Positions 8,109-16,513 of a DNA stretch of 64,000 nt are shown piece by piece (position 1 is the first letter of the stretch; every line of letters begins with the position of its first letter). This stretch comes from an uncultured Thiobacillus sp. (GTDB taxonomy: Bacteria > Pseudomonadota > Gammaproteobacteria > Burkholderiales > Thiobacillaceae). The position numbers and the translations under genes are program-made. The notes under the pieces are model-generated. The model was not told where the DNA came from. It did not search any database and saw only the letters and a list, made by a program, of their open reading frames with translations. The stretch lies in assembly GCA_964452995.1 (NCBI GenBank), contig CAYVOR010000006.1, positions 4,395 to 68,394 on the forward strand. Reading direction: 5' to 3'.

Positions 8109-9365
8109 ATGGCCGACCAGCCCGACGCCGCGCTCAAACCCATTCTCACCAAGCTCGCCGCGGCACGCACGCGGCTCATCATGGAGCGCCCCTTCCTCGG
8201 CGCGCTGGTGATGCACCTGCCGCTGAAGGTCGGCGGCGCAGGGTGCACCACCACCGGCACCGACGCGCAGGCGTTCTACTTCAATCCGTCATTCATTGAC
8301 AACCTCACGCTCGCGCAGACGCAGTTCGTGCTGGCGCACGAGGCGATGCACTGCGCGATGGGCCATACCCATCGCCGCAACCATCGCGTCAAGCGGCGCT
8401 GGGACGTGGCCTGCGACCACGCGGTCAACCTGATCCTGATCGAGGAGGGTCTGAAGCCGCCGCTGCACGGCATTCTCGCCGACCAGAACTACCTGACGCT
8501 GTCGGCGGAGGAAATCTATCCGCTGATTCCCGAGGACACGCCGGAAGAGTCCTTCGACCAGCACATGTTCGACCAAGACAACGAGTCGGGCGCCAGTCCC
8601 GACGAGAACGAGCGTCAGGACAACCCCGACGCCGGCGAGGCCAGCGGCCATGGCAAGGAAGGCCAGAGCGAAGCCGAGGAAAAACAGGGCAGCGGCAGCC
8701 AGGCTGCGCAAAAACCGAACGACCTGTCGCCCAGCGAACGCGAGGAACTCGCCGAGCAGTGGAAGAATCGCCTCGCCGCTGCCGCCCAGGCCGCGCGCCA
8801 GGCCGGCAAGCTGTCGCAGTCGATGATGCGCTGGGTTGACAGCCTGCTGGCACCCAGCCTGCCGTGGCGCGCGCTGCTGGCGCGTTTCTTCGCGGTCAAC
8901 CAGCGCGACGACTATTCGTGGCGCCGGCCGTCGCGGCGCGAGGGCGACGCGCTGCTGCCGCGGCTGTCGAGCGAGGGTATCGACGTGATCGCGGCGATCG
9001 ACACCAGCGGCTCCATCAGCGACGACGAATTGCGCGAATTCGTCACCGAACTCGATGCCCTGAAAGGCCAGGTGCGTGCGCGCGTCACCCTGCTGGCGTG
9101 TGATCACCACGTAGCGGAAGAGGCGCCGTGGGAATTCGAGCCGTGGGACACGATGCAGTTGCCGAACGAGATCGCGGGCGGTGGCGGCACCGACTTCCGC
9201 CCGGTGTTCGACTGGGTCGAAAACGAAAACCGCAGCCCCAACATGCTGGTGTATTTCACCGATGCCGAAGGCGATTTCCCCAAGGTTCCGCCGAATTACC
9301 CGGTGATCTGGCTGGTCAAGGGCAAGGGCGTCGTGCCTTGGGGCGAGCGGGTGCAGCTCAATTGA
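8109..9365 (+). CDS. DUF2201-type metallopeptidase/vWA domain protein
   Basis: HEAMH (HExxH), an acidic linker, and a C-terminal MIDAS motif DTSGS...GGGTDF...FTDAEG. Confidence 0.88.
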   Translation: MADQPDAALKPILTKLAAARTRLIMERPFLGALVMHLPLKVGGAGCTTTGTDAQAFYFNPSFIDNLTLAQTQFVLAHEAMHCAMGHTHRRNHRVKRRWDVACDHAVNLILIEEGLKPPLHGILADQNYLTLSAEEIYPLIPEDTPEESFDQHMFDQDNESGASPDENERQDNPDAGEASGHGKEGQSEAEEKQGSGSQAAQKPNDLSPSEREELAEQWKNRLAAAAQAARQAGKLSQSMMRWVDSLLAPSLPWRALLARFFAVNQRDDYSWRRPSRREGDALLPRLSSEGIDVIAAIDTSGSISDDELREFVTELDALKGQVRARVTLLACDHHVAEEAPWEFEPWDTMQLPNEIAGGGGTDFRPVFDWVENENRSPNMLVYFTDAEGDFPKVPPNYPVIWLVKGKGVVPWGERVQLN

Positions 9366-10204
9366 GCGCGCCGCCCGATCGCGTCCGCAGCTTTCTGTTC
9401 GAGCAGCTCGACATCCGGGGCATCTGGGTGCAGCTCGGTACGGCCTGGCACGAGATGACGGCGGGCCGCGATTATCCCGAACCTGTTCTCGAACTGCTGG
9501 GCCAGCTGGCGGGGGTGACCACGCTGATCACCTCCAGCCTCAAGCAGGCAGGACGACTGACCTTCCAGCTGCGCGGCAACGGCGATGTGTCGCTGCTCGT
9601 GATGGACTGCGACGAGCAGCTGCGTCTGCGCGGCATGGCGCGGGCGCCTTCGGAACTGTCGTCGGGCAGTCTGCCGGCCCTGCTGGGCGACGGCGCCCTG
9701 ACCCTTACGCTCGACACCGCCGATATGCGTCAGCCCTACCAGAGTCATGTGCCGCTGCAGGGCGACACGCTGGCCGCCGTATTCGAACATTACCTCGACC
9801 AGTCCGAGCAGGCGCCCACCCGGCTGTGGCTGGCCGCCAGCCACGATGCGGTGGGGGGACTGTTCCTGCAGGCGCTGCCGGGCGCCGCCGCGCGTGACGC
9901 CGACGGCTGGAACCGGATGCAGATCCTGGCCGACACGGTACGGGCCGACGAATTGCTCGGCCTCGGCGCGATCAAGCTGATCGAGCGTCTGTTTCCGGAA
10001 GAAGACGTGCGCGTATACGACCCGCGCCCGGTCAGCTATCACTGCCCCTATGATCCTGACAAGATTTACGCCATGCTGCGCAATATAGGGCGCACGGAAT
10101 GCGAAGACATCCTGGCCGAGCAGGGTGAAATACGGGTGCATGACGACATCTGCAACCACGAGTACGTGCTGGATGCGGCCATGGTGGCGGCCCTGTTTGA
10201 ATGA
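9362..10204 (+). CDS. hslO: Hsp33 family chaperone with a degenerate Cys motif
   Basis: RSFLFEQLDIRG, LTFQLRGNG, YQSHVPL, YLDQSEQAPT and GGLFLQALP motifs. TTG start overlaps the upstream stop. Confidence 0.88.
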   Translation: MSAPPDRVRSFLFEQLDIRGIWVQLGTAWHEMTAGRDYPEPVLELLGQLAGVTTLITSSLKQAGRLTFQLRGNGDVSLLVMDCDEQLRLRGMARAPSELSSGSLPALLGDGALTLTLDTADMRQPYQSHVPLQGDTLAAVFEHYLDQSEQAPTRLWLAASHDAVGGLFLQALPGAAARDADGWNRMQILADTVRADELLGLGAIKLIERLFPEEDVRVYDPRPVSYHCPYDPDKIYAMLRNIGRTECEDILAEQGEIRVHDDICNHEYVLDAAMVAALFE

Positions 10205-10500
10205 AAGGATGCGCGATGCGGACAGGATGGATGCTGGCAGGGCTGCTGATGCTCGCGGGCGGGGCCCACGCCGAAGACGGACGCTATCAGGCCTTGCCGC
10301 TGGCCGGCGCCGAAGGGGGCAAGGGCGGCGGACGGGCGCTCATACTCGATACCCGCGATGGCCATGTCTGGGTCTGGAGCGAGAACGAGCTGATCACGGC
10401 GCGGGATGGCCAGCGTCGCTATGGCACCGGTTTCATTTATCAGGGCAAGCTGCGCCCCGGCAGTCAGGCGGGCGAATTCATCGACCAGCAGACCAGGTGA
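10201..10500 (+). CDS. Small secreted hypothetical protein
   Basis: Signal peptide LAGLLMLAGGAHA|E. ATGA overlap with the hslO stop; alternative start at 10216. Confidence 0.7.
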   Translation: MKGCAMRTGWMLAGLLMLAGGAHAEDGRYQALPLAGAEGGKGGGRALILDTRDGHVWVWSENELITARDGQRRYGTGFIYQGKLRPGSQAGEFIDQQTR

Positions 10501-10557
10501 GCGCCCGGTTTGACCTGTTGCACCGCCCCGGGTGACGGCGGTGGCGGGCCCATGGCT

Positions 10558-10584
10558 TAAGGTGAAGCCGATCCGGGCCGATAT
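10558..10584 (+). promoter_or_regulatory. Putative sigma28 (FliA) promoter of mshE
   Basis: TAAG-N15-GCCGATAT versus consensus TAAA-N15-GCCGATAA. Confidence 0.6.
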
Positions 10585-10614
10585 GTGCTCATCCTTGCGC
10601 GCCAATCCGAAAAA

Positions 10615-12357
10615 ATGCAGACCGAAACCGCCACGCCAACCGCTTCTCCACAAACCGGACGCCAGAAAATCCGTCTGGGCGACCTGCTCGTGGAGCAGAA
10701 AGTCATTTCCAGCGCCGACCTCGACATCGCCCTGGCCGCGCAGAAGAAAAGCGGTCGCCGCCTGGGTCGCATCATCGTTGAAAGCGGGCTGGCGGGCGAG
10801 AACGATATTGCCCAGGCGCTGGCGCGGCAGCTGAGCCTCCCCTTCATCGACCTCAGGAAATTCAGCCCGGACGCCGCCATCCTGCAGTTGCTGCCGGAAA
10901 CGCAGGCGCGGCGTTTCCGGGCCATGCCGCTGTCGCGGCGCGACAGCAGCATTTTCGTCGGCATGGCCGATCCGACCGACCTGTTCGCCTACGATGAAAT
11001 CGCCCGGTTGATTCCGCAGGACATCCAGCTTGCGGTGGTGGCGGAAGGCGACCTGCTGGCGGCGATCGACCGCATCTACCGGCGCACCGACGATATCCAC
11101 GGCCTGACCGAGGAACTCGCGCGCGACATGGGCGAGACCGAGGCCAGCATCATCGGCCTGGAAGCGCTGGGCGAAGGCCAGGCCGATGCACCGGTGGTGC
11201 GCCTGCTGCAGACCCTGTTCGAGGATGCATTGCAGGTCAACGCATCCGACCTGCATATCGAGCCGCAGGAAAAACAGCTGGCCATCCGCTTCCGCATCGA
11301 CGGCATGCTGCATCCGCAAACCCAGGCCGACCTCAAGATCGCCCCGGCGCTGGCCTTGCGCCTGAAGATCGTGTCCGGACTGGATATTTCGGAAAAGCGC
11401 CTGCCGCAGGACGGCCGCTTCGCGGTCAAGGTGCGCGGCCGCACGGTCGACGTGCGCCTGTCCACCATGCCCACGCAGTATGGCGAGTCCGTGGTGATGC
11501 GGCTGCTGAGCCAGGGCGACAACCTGCTCGCCGTCGACAGCCTGGGCATGCCGGCCGACATGCAGGAACGCTTTCGCGCCATCCTGCACCGTCCCAACGG
11601 CCTGGTGCTGGTGACCGGCCCGACCGGCAGCGGCAAGACCACCACGCTCTATGCGGCGCTGGGTGAGCTCAACGACCCGGGCACCAAGATCATCACGGTC
11701 GAGGATCCGGTGGAGTACCGGCTGGCCGGCATCAACCAGGTGCAGGCCAACGAGAAGATCGACCTCAGCTTTGCCCGCGTGCTGCGCGCCATCCTGCGTC
11801 AGGATCCGGACGTGATCCTGGTCGGCGAGATGCGCGATGCGGACACCGCGCAGGTCGCGCTGCGGGCGGCCATGACGGGCCACCTGGTGCTGTCCACCCT
11901 ACATACCAACGACGCGGCCTCCACGCCGGTGCGCCTGCTCGACATGGGCGTGCCCGCCTTCATGGTGGCGACCTCGGTGCAGGGCGTGCTAGCGCAGCGG
12001 CTGCTGCGCAAGGTGTGCGGCCATTGCAAGGCCCCGCACGACCCGACGCCGCAGGAACGGGTCTGGCTGGGGCGCGCGCACGCCGACCAGGCCGGCGACG
12101 GCTATGTCGCGGGAACGGGGTGCGACCGCTGTCACGGCACCGGCTATTCCGGACGCCGCGCCATCCATGAACTGCTCGAAATCAATACCGCGCTGGCGGA
12201 AAGCCTGGCGCGCAAGAATCCTGCCGAATTCGTGGCCGCCGCGCGTGCGTCGATGGCCGGCCATACCCTGCGCGACCAGGCCATCGCGCTGGCCCGGGCG
12301 GGCGTGACCTCGCTGGCCGAAGCGATGCGCGCCAGCGCCCAGGACGAAACAAGCTGA
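10615..12357 (+). CDS. mshE: MSHA pilus assembly ATPase with MshEN domain
   Basis: Tandem RLG..L/I..Q MshEN motifs, GPTGSGKTT, LRQDPDVILVGEMRD, and a CxxC..CxxC zinc motif. Confidence 0.92.
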   Translation: MQTETATPTASPQTGRQKIRLGDLLVEQKVISSADLDIALAAQKKSGRRLGRIIVESGLAGENDIAQALARQLSLPFIDLRKFSPDAAILQLLPETQARRFRAMPLSRRDSSIFVGMADPTDLFAYDEIARLIPQDIQLAVVAEGDLLAAIDRIYRRTDDIHGLTEELARDMGETEASIIGLEALGEGQADAPVVRLLQTLFEDALQVNASDLHIEPQEKQLAIRFRIDGMLHPQTQADLKIAPALALRLKIVSGLDISEKRLPQDGRFAVKVRGRTVDVRLSTMPTQYGESVVMRLLSQGDNLLAVDSLGMPADMQERFRAILHRPNGLVLVTGPTGSGKTTTLYAALGELNDPGTKIITVEDPVEYRLAGINQVQANEKIDLSFARVLRAILRQDPDVILVGEMRDADTAQVALRAAMTGHLVLSTLHTNDAASTPVRLLDMGVPAFMVATSVQGVLAQRLLRKVCGHCKAPHDPTPQERVWLGRAHADQAGDGYVAGTGCDRCHGTGYSGRRAIHELLEINTALAESLARKNPAEFVAAARASMAGHTLRDQAIALARAGVTSLAEAMRASAQDETS

Positions 12358-13583
12358 TGCCGCGCTTTGCCTATGCCGGCCGCAGCCAGAGCGGCGAGAA
12401 GACCCAGGGCATCCTCGAGGCCGACAACGCGGCGGCGTGCGCCAGCAGTCTGCTGAAAAACGGCATATCGCCCGTCAGCATCCAGGAAACCGGCCAGTCC
12501 GAGCGCCGCGGCACGAAGCCGAAAAGCCTGAGCCTGTTCGAACCCACCGTCCAGGCCATCGACGTGCAGCTGTTCTCGCGCCAGCTCTATACCCTGATGC
12601 GCGCCGGCGTGCCCATCCTGCGCTCGCTGTCGGGCCTGCTCGAGTCGACCACCAATGCCGCCTTCGCCCGGGTGATCACGTCGCTGAAGGAATCGCTCGA
12701 AGCCGGGCGCGACCTGTCGGCGGCGATGCGCCAGCATCCCGCGGTCTTTTCGCCCTTTTACGTCGCGATGGTGCGGGTGGGCGAGGCGACCGGGCGCCTG
12801 GACGAGATCTTCCTGCGCATGTTCGAGCACCTCGAATTCGAACGCGAGACCCGCGCCCGCATCAAGGAGGCCCTGCGCTACCCGACCTTCGTGCTCATCG
12901 CCATGGTGGTCGCGATCGCCGTCATCAATGTCTTCGTCATCCCGGCCTTCGCCAAGGTCTATGCCGGCCTCGGCGCCGAATTGCCGCTGATGACGCGGAT
13001 ACTCATCGCTTCCTCGCGCCTGACGATCGCCTACGGCTGGCTCATGCTGGCCGGGCTGGTGCTGGCCATTTTCGGATTCCGCCTGTGGCGCACCACCCCC
13101 GGCGGGCGCCTGCTATGGGACCGCTTCAAGCTCAGGCTGCCGCTCACCGGCTCGATCGTGCTGCGCAGCACGCTGGCCCGCTTCGCGCGTACCCTAGCGC
13201 TGTCGCTCAAAAGCGGCATTCCCGCCGCGCAGGCGCTCTCGGTGGTGGCCGAAGTCACCGACAACGCCTGGATCGCCTCGCGTGTCGAGCAGATGCGCAA
13301 CGGCATCGAGCGCGGCGAATCGGTCCTGCGCACCGCGCAGAACGCGGCCGTGTTCAACCCGGTGGTCTTGCAGATGATCGCCGTCGGCGAGGAAACCGGC
13401 AGCATCGACGAGCTCATGCAGGAAGTCGCCGGGATGTACGAGCGCGAGGTGGATTACGAGATCAAGACCCTTGCCGCCCGCATCGAGCCGCTGATCATCG
13501 TCGCCCTCGGCGGCGTCGTGCTGGTGCTGGCGCTCGGCGTGTTCCTGCCGATGTGGGACCTGGCCAGCGTGGCCATCAAGTGA
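12357..13583 (+). CDS. mshG: MSHA inner-membrane platform protein (PilC/GspF family)
   Basis: FSRQLYTLMRAGVPI, VGEATGRLD and VGEETGSID repeats; three TM segments. Confidence 0.92.
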   Translation: MPRFAYAGRSQSGEKTQGILEADNAAACASSLLKNGISPVSIQETGQSERRGTKPKSLSLFEPTVQAIDVQLFSRQLYTLMRAGVPILRSLSGLLESTTNAAFARVITSLKESLEAGRDLSAAMRQHPAVFSPFYVAMVRVGEATGRLDEIFLRMFEHLEFERETRARIKEALRYPTFVLIAMVVAIAVINVFVIPAFAKVYAGLGAELPLMTRILIASSRLTIAYGWLMLAGLVLAIFGFRLWRTTPGGRLLWDRFKLRLPLTGSIVLRSTLARFARTLALSLKSGIPAAQALSVVAEVTDNAWIASRVEQMRNGIERGESVLRTAQNAAVFNPVVLQMIAVGEETGSIDELMQEVAGMYEREVDYEIKTLAARIEPLIIVALGGVVLVLALGVFLPMWDLASVAIK

Positions 13584-13701
13584 CAGCCTGCCGTAATCCC
13601 CTGTTTTAATTCAAGTCCTGGTCGGAATATCCGAAATAAGTCCTGTGGCTGCCGGCGGGCAGCGCTTGAGACCAACGCATTCAAACAAACAGGAGAACGC
13701 A

Positions 13702-14274
13702 ATGAACACCCCGAAGGACATGAAAACCCGGCAGCACGGCTTCACCATGATCGAACTCATCGTCGTCATCGTCATCCTCGGCATCCTCGCCGCGGTGGCG
13801 CTGCCGCGCTTCACCAATATTCAGCGCGATGCGCGGATTGCCAAGCTGAATGCTGCGCGCGGCGCGGTGCAGGCGGCGGCAGGGATGCTTCATGGTGCGG
13901 TGCTGGTTCGCGGCGGCGTGCAGGATGCGGCAAACTGCCCGGGTACCGCGGTTCGTGCGAACAACCTGCTGGGTGCGAACGGGACGGTCTGTACTGAAAA
14001 CGGCATTATCAATATGGTCAACGGTTATCCTGCCGCCACTCTGGCTGGCATTGTCAATGCCAGCGGTCTGACTTCTGTCATGAACCCCAACGCCGCGCAG
14101 CTTGCGGCAGAAGGCTACCAAACCAATGGCAATGGACCGATCGATATTCGTGTGATGGGCGGTACCAACCCTGGCACATGTTTCTTCCGGTATACCGCAG
14201 CGGCTGCCAATGCCGCGCCTCAGATAGGTTCCCCTGCCTCGGCCAATGCGACCGGCAATACTGCGGGCTGCTAG
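13702..14274 (+). CDS. mshA: MSHA major pilin
   Basis: Prepilin site G|FTMIELIVVIVILGILAAVALPRF..DARIA, strong AGGAG RBS, Cys pairs in the C-terminal domain. Confidence 0.8.
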   Translation: MNTPKDMKTRQHGFTMIELIVVIVILGILAAVALPRFTNIQRDARIAKLNAARGAVQAAAGMLHGAVLVRGGVQDAANCPGTAVRANNLLGANGTVCTENGIINMVNGYPAATLAGIVNASGLTSVMNPNAAQLAAEGYQTNGNGPIDIRVMGGTNPGTCFFRYTAAAANAAPQIGSPASANATGNTAGC

Positions 14275-14298
14275 TTCCGTACCGGCCAGTTCCGTGCA

Positions 14299-14784
14299 AT
14301 GAATGTATCGCGCACCATCGGAAACCGCCGCTTTTGCGGCGGTTTTACCATGGTGGAGCTGATCCTGGTGATCGTCGTCGCCGGCATCCTCGCCGCGGTG
14401 GCCGCGCCGCGCATGCTGGGCCGCACCGGCTTCGATACCCGTGGCTTTGCTGACCAGCTTGCCGCCACGGTGCGCTTTGCGCAGAAACTGGCCGTCGCCC
14501 AGCGCACCGATGTCTATGTCCGCCTGACCGCCAGCGATGCCACGCTGTGTTACGACGCGGCCTGTGCCGCCTCGGCGCCCGGGCCGGGCGGCGAAAAGCC
14601 TTACATCATCAGCGCGCCAAACGGCGTGGCGATTGCCAGCCCGCTCGCGGTGTTGGCATTTGACCGGGGTGGGCGCCCTCAAACCGCTGCGTTGCTGGAT
14701 ATCCAGAACCAGCTCGATATCCGGGTCAACGGTAGCGGCACGCACCAAGTACTGGTCGAACGGGAAACCGGCTATGTGCACTAG
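14299..14784 (+). CDS. mshC: MSHA minor pilin MshC
   Basis: G|FTMVELILVIVVAG, RFAQKLA, FDRGGRP and C-terminal ETGYVH. Confidence 0.78.
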   Translation: MNVSRTIGNRRFCGGFTMVELILVIVVAGILAAVAAPRMLGRTGFDTRGFADQLAATVRFAQKLAVAQRTDVYVRLTASDATLCYDAACAASAPGPGGEKPYIISAPNGVAIASPLAVLAFDRGGRPQTAALLDIQNQLDIRVNGSGTHQVLVERETGYVH

Positions 14785-15328
14785 CGAGCGCGGCCTCAGC
14801 CTGATCGAGCTGCTGGTGTTCATCGTGGTGGTGGGCATCGCGGTGACCGGCGTGCTGTCGGTCTTCAGCTTTAACGCGCGGACCAGTGCCGATCCCATGG
14901 TGCGCAAGCAGGCGCTCGCCATCGCCGAGTCGCTGCTCGAGGAAGTGCTGGCCCAGCCTTATACCTATTGCGATCCCGACGACGCCAATGTGGAGACGGC
15001 GAGCAGTCCGGGTGATTGTGCTGTTTCCGAAACAGCAATGGCAAGGGAACCCGGGGAGTCGCGTGGCGCCAATCTCAAGCCGCTCGACAACGTCAACGAT
15101 TACAACGGCTATCCCATGCCTGTTATTGCCGGTCCTGACGGCAATGCCGTTCCGAACCTGAATGGCTACTCCGCGAGCGTCCAGGTTCAACCCGTTGCGA
15201 ACTTTAACGGCATCGTCCCGGCTCCCGGAGACAATGAAACCCTGCTCGTGACCGTGACCGTCAATGGCCCCGGCAATCAGGGCGTCACCCTCTCCGGCTA
15301 CCGCACGCGCTATGCGCCGAATTTCTGA
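14774..15328 (+). CDS. mshD: MSHA minor pilin MshD
   Basis: G|LSLIE, SADPMVRKQALAIAESLLEEV, DNVNDYNG, LSGYRTRY. Confidence 0.82.
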   Translation: MCTSERGLSLIELLVFIVVVGIAVTGVLSVFSFNARTSADPMVRKQALAIAESLLEEVLAQPYTYCDPDDANVETASSPGDCAVSETAMAREPGESRGANLKPLDNVNDYNGYPMPVIAGPDGNAVPNLNGYSASVQVQPVANFNGIVPAPGDNETLLVTVTVNGPGNQGVTLSGYRTRYAPNF

Positions 15329-16106
15329 CCACGCCGGCTTCACCCTGATCGAGATGATCATCGTCATCGCGATCACCGCCATCGTCGGGTCGATGGTGGC
15401 GGTGTTCCTGCGTGCCCCGCTGGAAAGCTACGTGGCCCAGGACCGTCGCGCCCGCCTGGCCGACACGGCCGACACCGCGCTGCGCCGCATGGGCCGCGAT
15501 ATCCGGCTGGCGCTGCCCAATAGCGTGCGTGTCACGTCGGTGGGCAACGTGGTCTACCTGGAGTTTCTCGCCACCCGCAGCGGCGGCCGCTACCGTGCCC
15601 AGGGTGGCGGTGACATTCTCGATTTCACCGCGGCCGACACCGGTTTCGACGTGCTCGGGCCGGCCATTGCGATGCAGGCCGGCGACCGCATCGCGGTATA
15701 CAACCTGGGCATTCCCGGCGCCGACGCCTGGACGGGAGATACGCTCGCCGTCTACACCGGGGGAACCGGCAGCGCGAGCAACATCACGATCGCCGTCAAG
15801 CTGTTTCCGCTGGCCTCGCCCGGCAACCGCTTCCAGGTCGTCGACGGGCCGGTGAGCTATGCGTGCAATCCCACTGCCGGCACGCTCACGCGTTACTGGG
15901 GCTATGCCATTTCCGCCTTTCAGCCTACGCCTCCGTCTGCCCCGGTGTCGAGTGCGCTGCTGGCGACCGGCGTCAGCGATTGCAGCTTCGACTACCAGCC
16001 CGGCGCCACCGAGCGCAATGGCCTCGTCAGCATGATGCTGAACCTGAGCCAGTCGGGCGAAACGGTGCGCCTGTACGCCACCACGCAAGTGAGCAACCAG
16101 CCATGA
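15312..16106 (+). CDS. mshO: MSHA minor pilin MshO
   Basis: G|FTLIE, RRMGRDIRLALPNSVRV, C-terminal QVSNQP. Confidence 0.85.
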   Translation: MRRISDHAGFTLIEMIIVIAITAIVGSMVAVFLRAPLESYVAQDRRARLADTADTALRRMGRDIRLALPNSVRVTSVGNVVYLEFLATRSGGRYRAQGGGDILDFTAADTGFDVLGPAIAMQAGDRIAVYNLGIPGADAWTGDTLAVYTGGTGSASNITIAVKLFPLASPGNRFQVVDGPVSYACNPTAGTLTRYWGYAISAFQPTPPSAPVSSALLATGVSDCSFDYQPGATERNGLVSMMLNLSQSGETVRLYATTQVSNQP

Positions 16107-16513
16107 CACGCGCGCCACGCATAGAATCCGGTTTCGTCCTGCCGACCGCGATCTTCCTGCTGGTCGTGCTGGCGGCGCTGGCGACCTACATGGTGTCGCT
16201 GTCGCGCACCAGCCACCTTAGCAGTGCGCTCGATGTCCAGGGATCACGCGCCTATCAGGCGGCGCGCGCCGGCATCGAATGGGGAGCGTGGCAGTTGCTC
16301 CGGAATGCCTCGTGCGCGGCTGCGCACCCGCCACTGGTGCTTGCCGGAACGCTGGCGCCGTTTTCGGTGGACGTGAGCTGCACGCTGTCCGGCACCTACC
16401 CTGACGGCGCCGATATGGTGAATGTCTACCAGATCACCGCGACCGCGACGTCGGGGACGCCCAACGAGGTCGGTTACGTCGAGCGGCAGATTCGGGCGAG
16501 CTTTTCGAAATGA
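16103..16513 (+). CDS. mshP: MSHA minor pilin MshP (PilX-like)
   Basis: G|FVLPTAIFLLVVL (no E5), RAYQAARAGIEWG, YVERQI. Confidence 0.82.
   Translation: MTRAPRIESGFVLPTAIFLLVVLAALATYMVSLSRTSHLSSALDVQGSRAYQAARAGIEWGAWQLLRNASCAAAHPPLVLAGTLAPFSVDVSCTLSGTYPDGADMVNVYQITATATSGTPNEVGYVERQIRASFSK

Noticed and set aside
7057-9365. AAA-vWA pair as a Rubisco activase (CbbQ/CbbO) or NorQ/NorD
   Set aside because: The partner carries an HExxH domain and is much shorter than CbbO/NorD; no cbb or nor genes nearby.
10066-11883. 605-aa minus-strand ORF (similarly 30001-32094, 32132-33931 and 49990-51963)
   Set aside because: Shadow frames opposite well-supported genes (mshE, typA, purT, bamA).
13584-13701. 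c-di-GMP riboswitch upstream of the pilin
   Set aside because: No GEMM-type GGCAAA/GNRA-receptor architecture; only a short TCGGA/TCCGA hairpin and an AAGTCCTG direct repeat.
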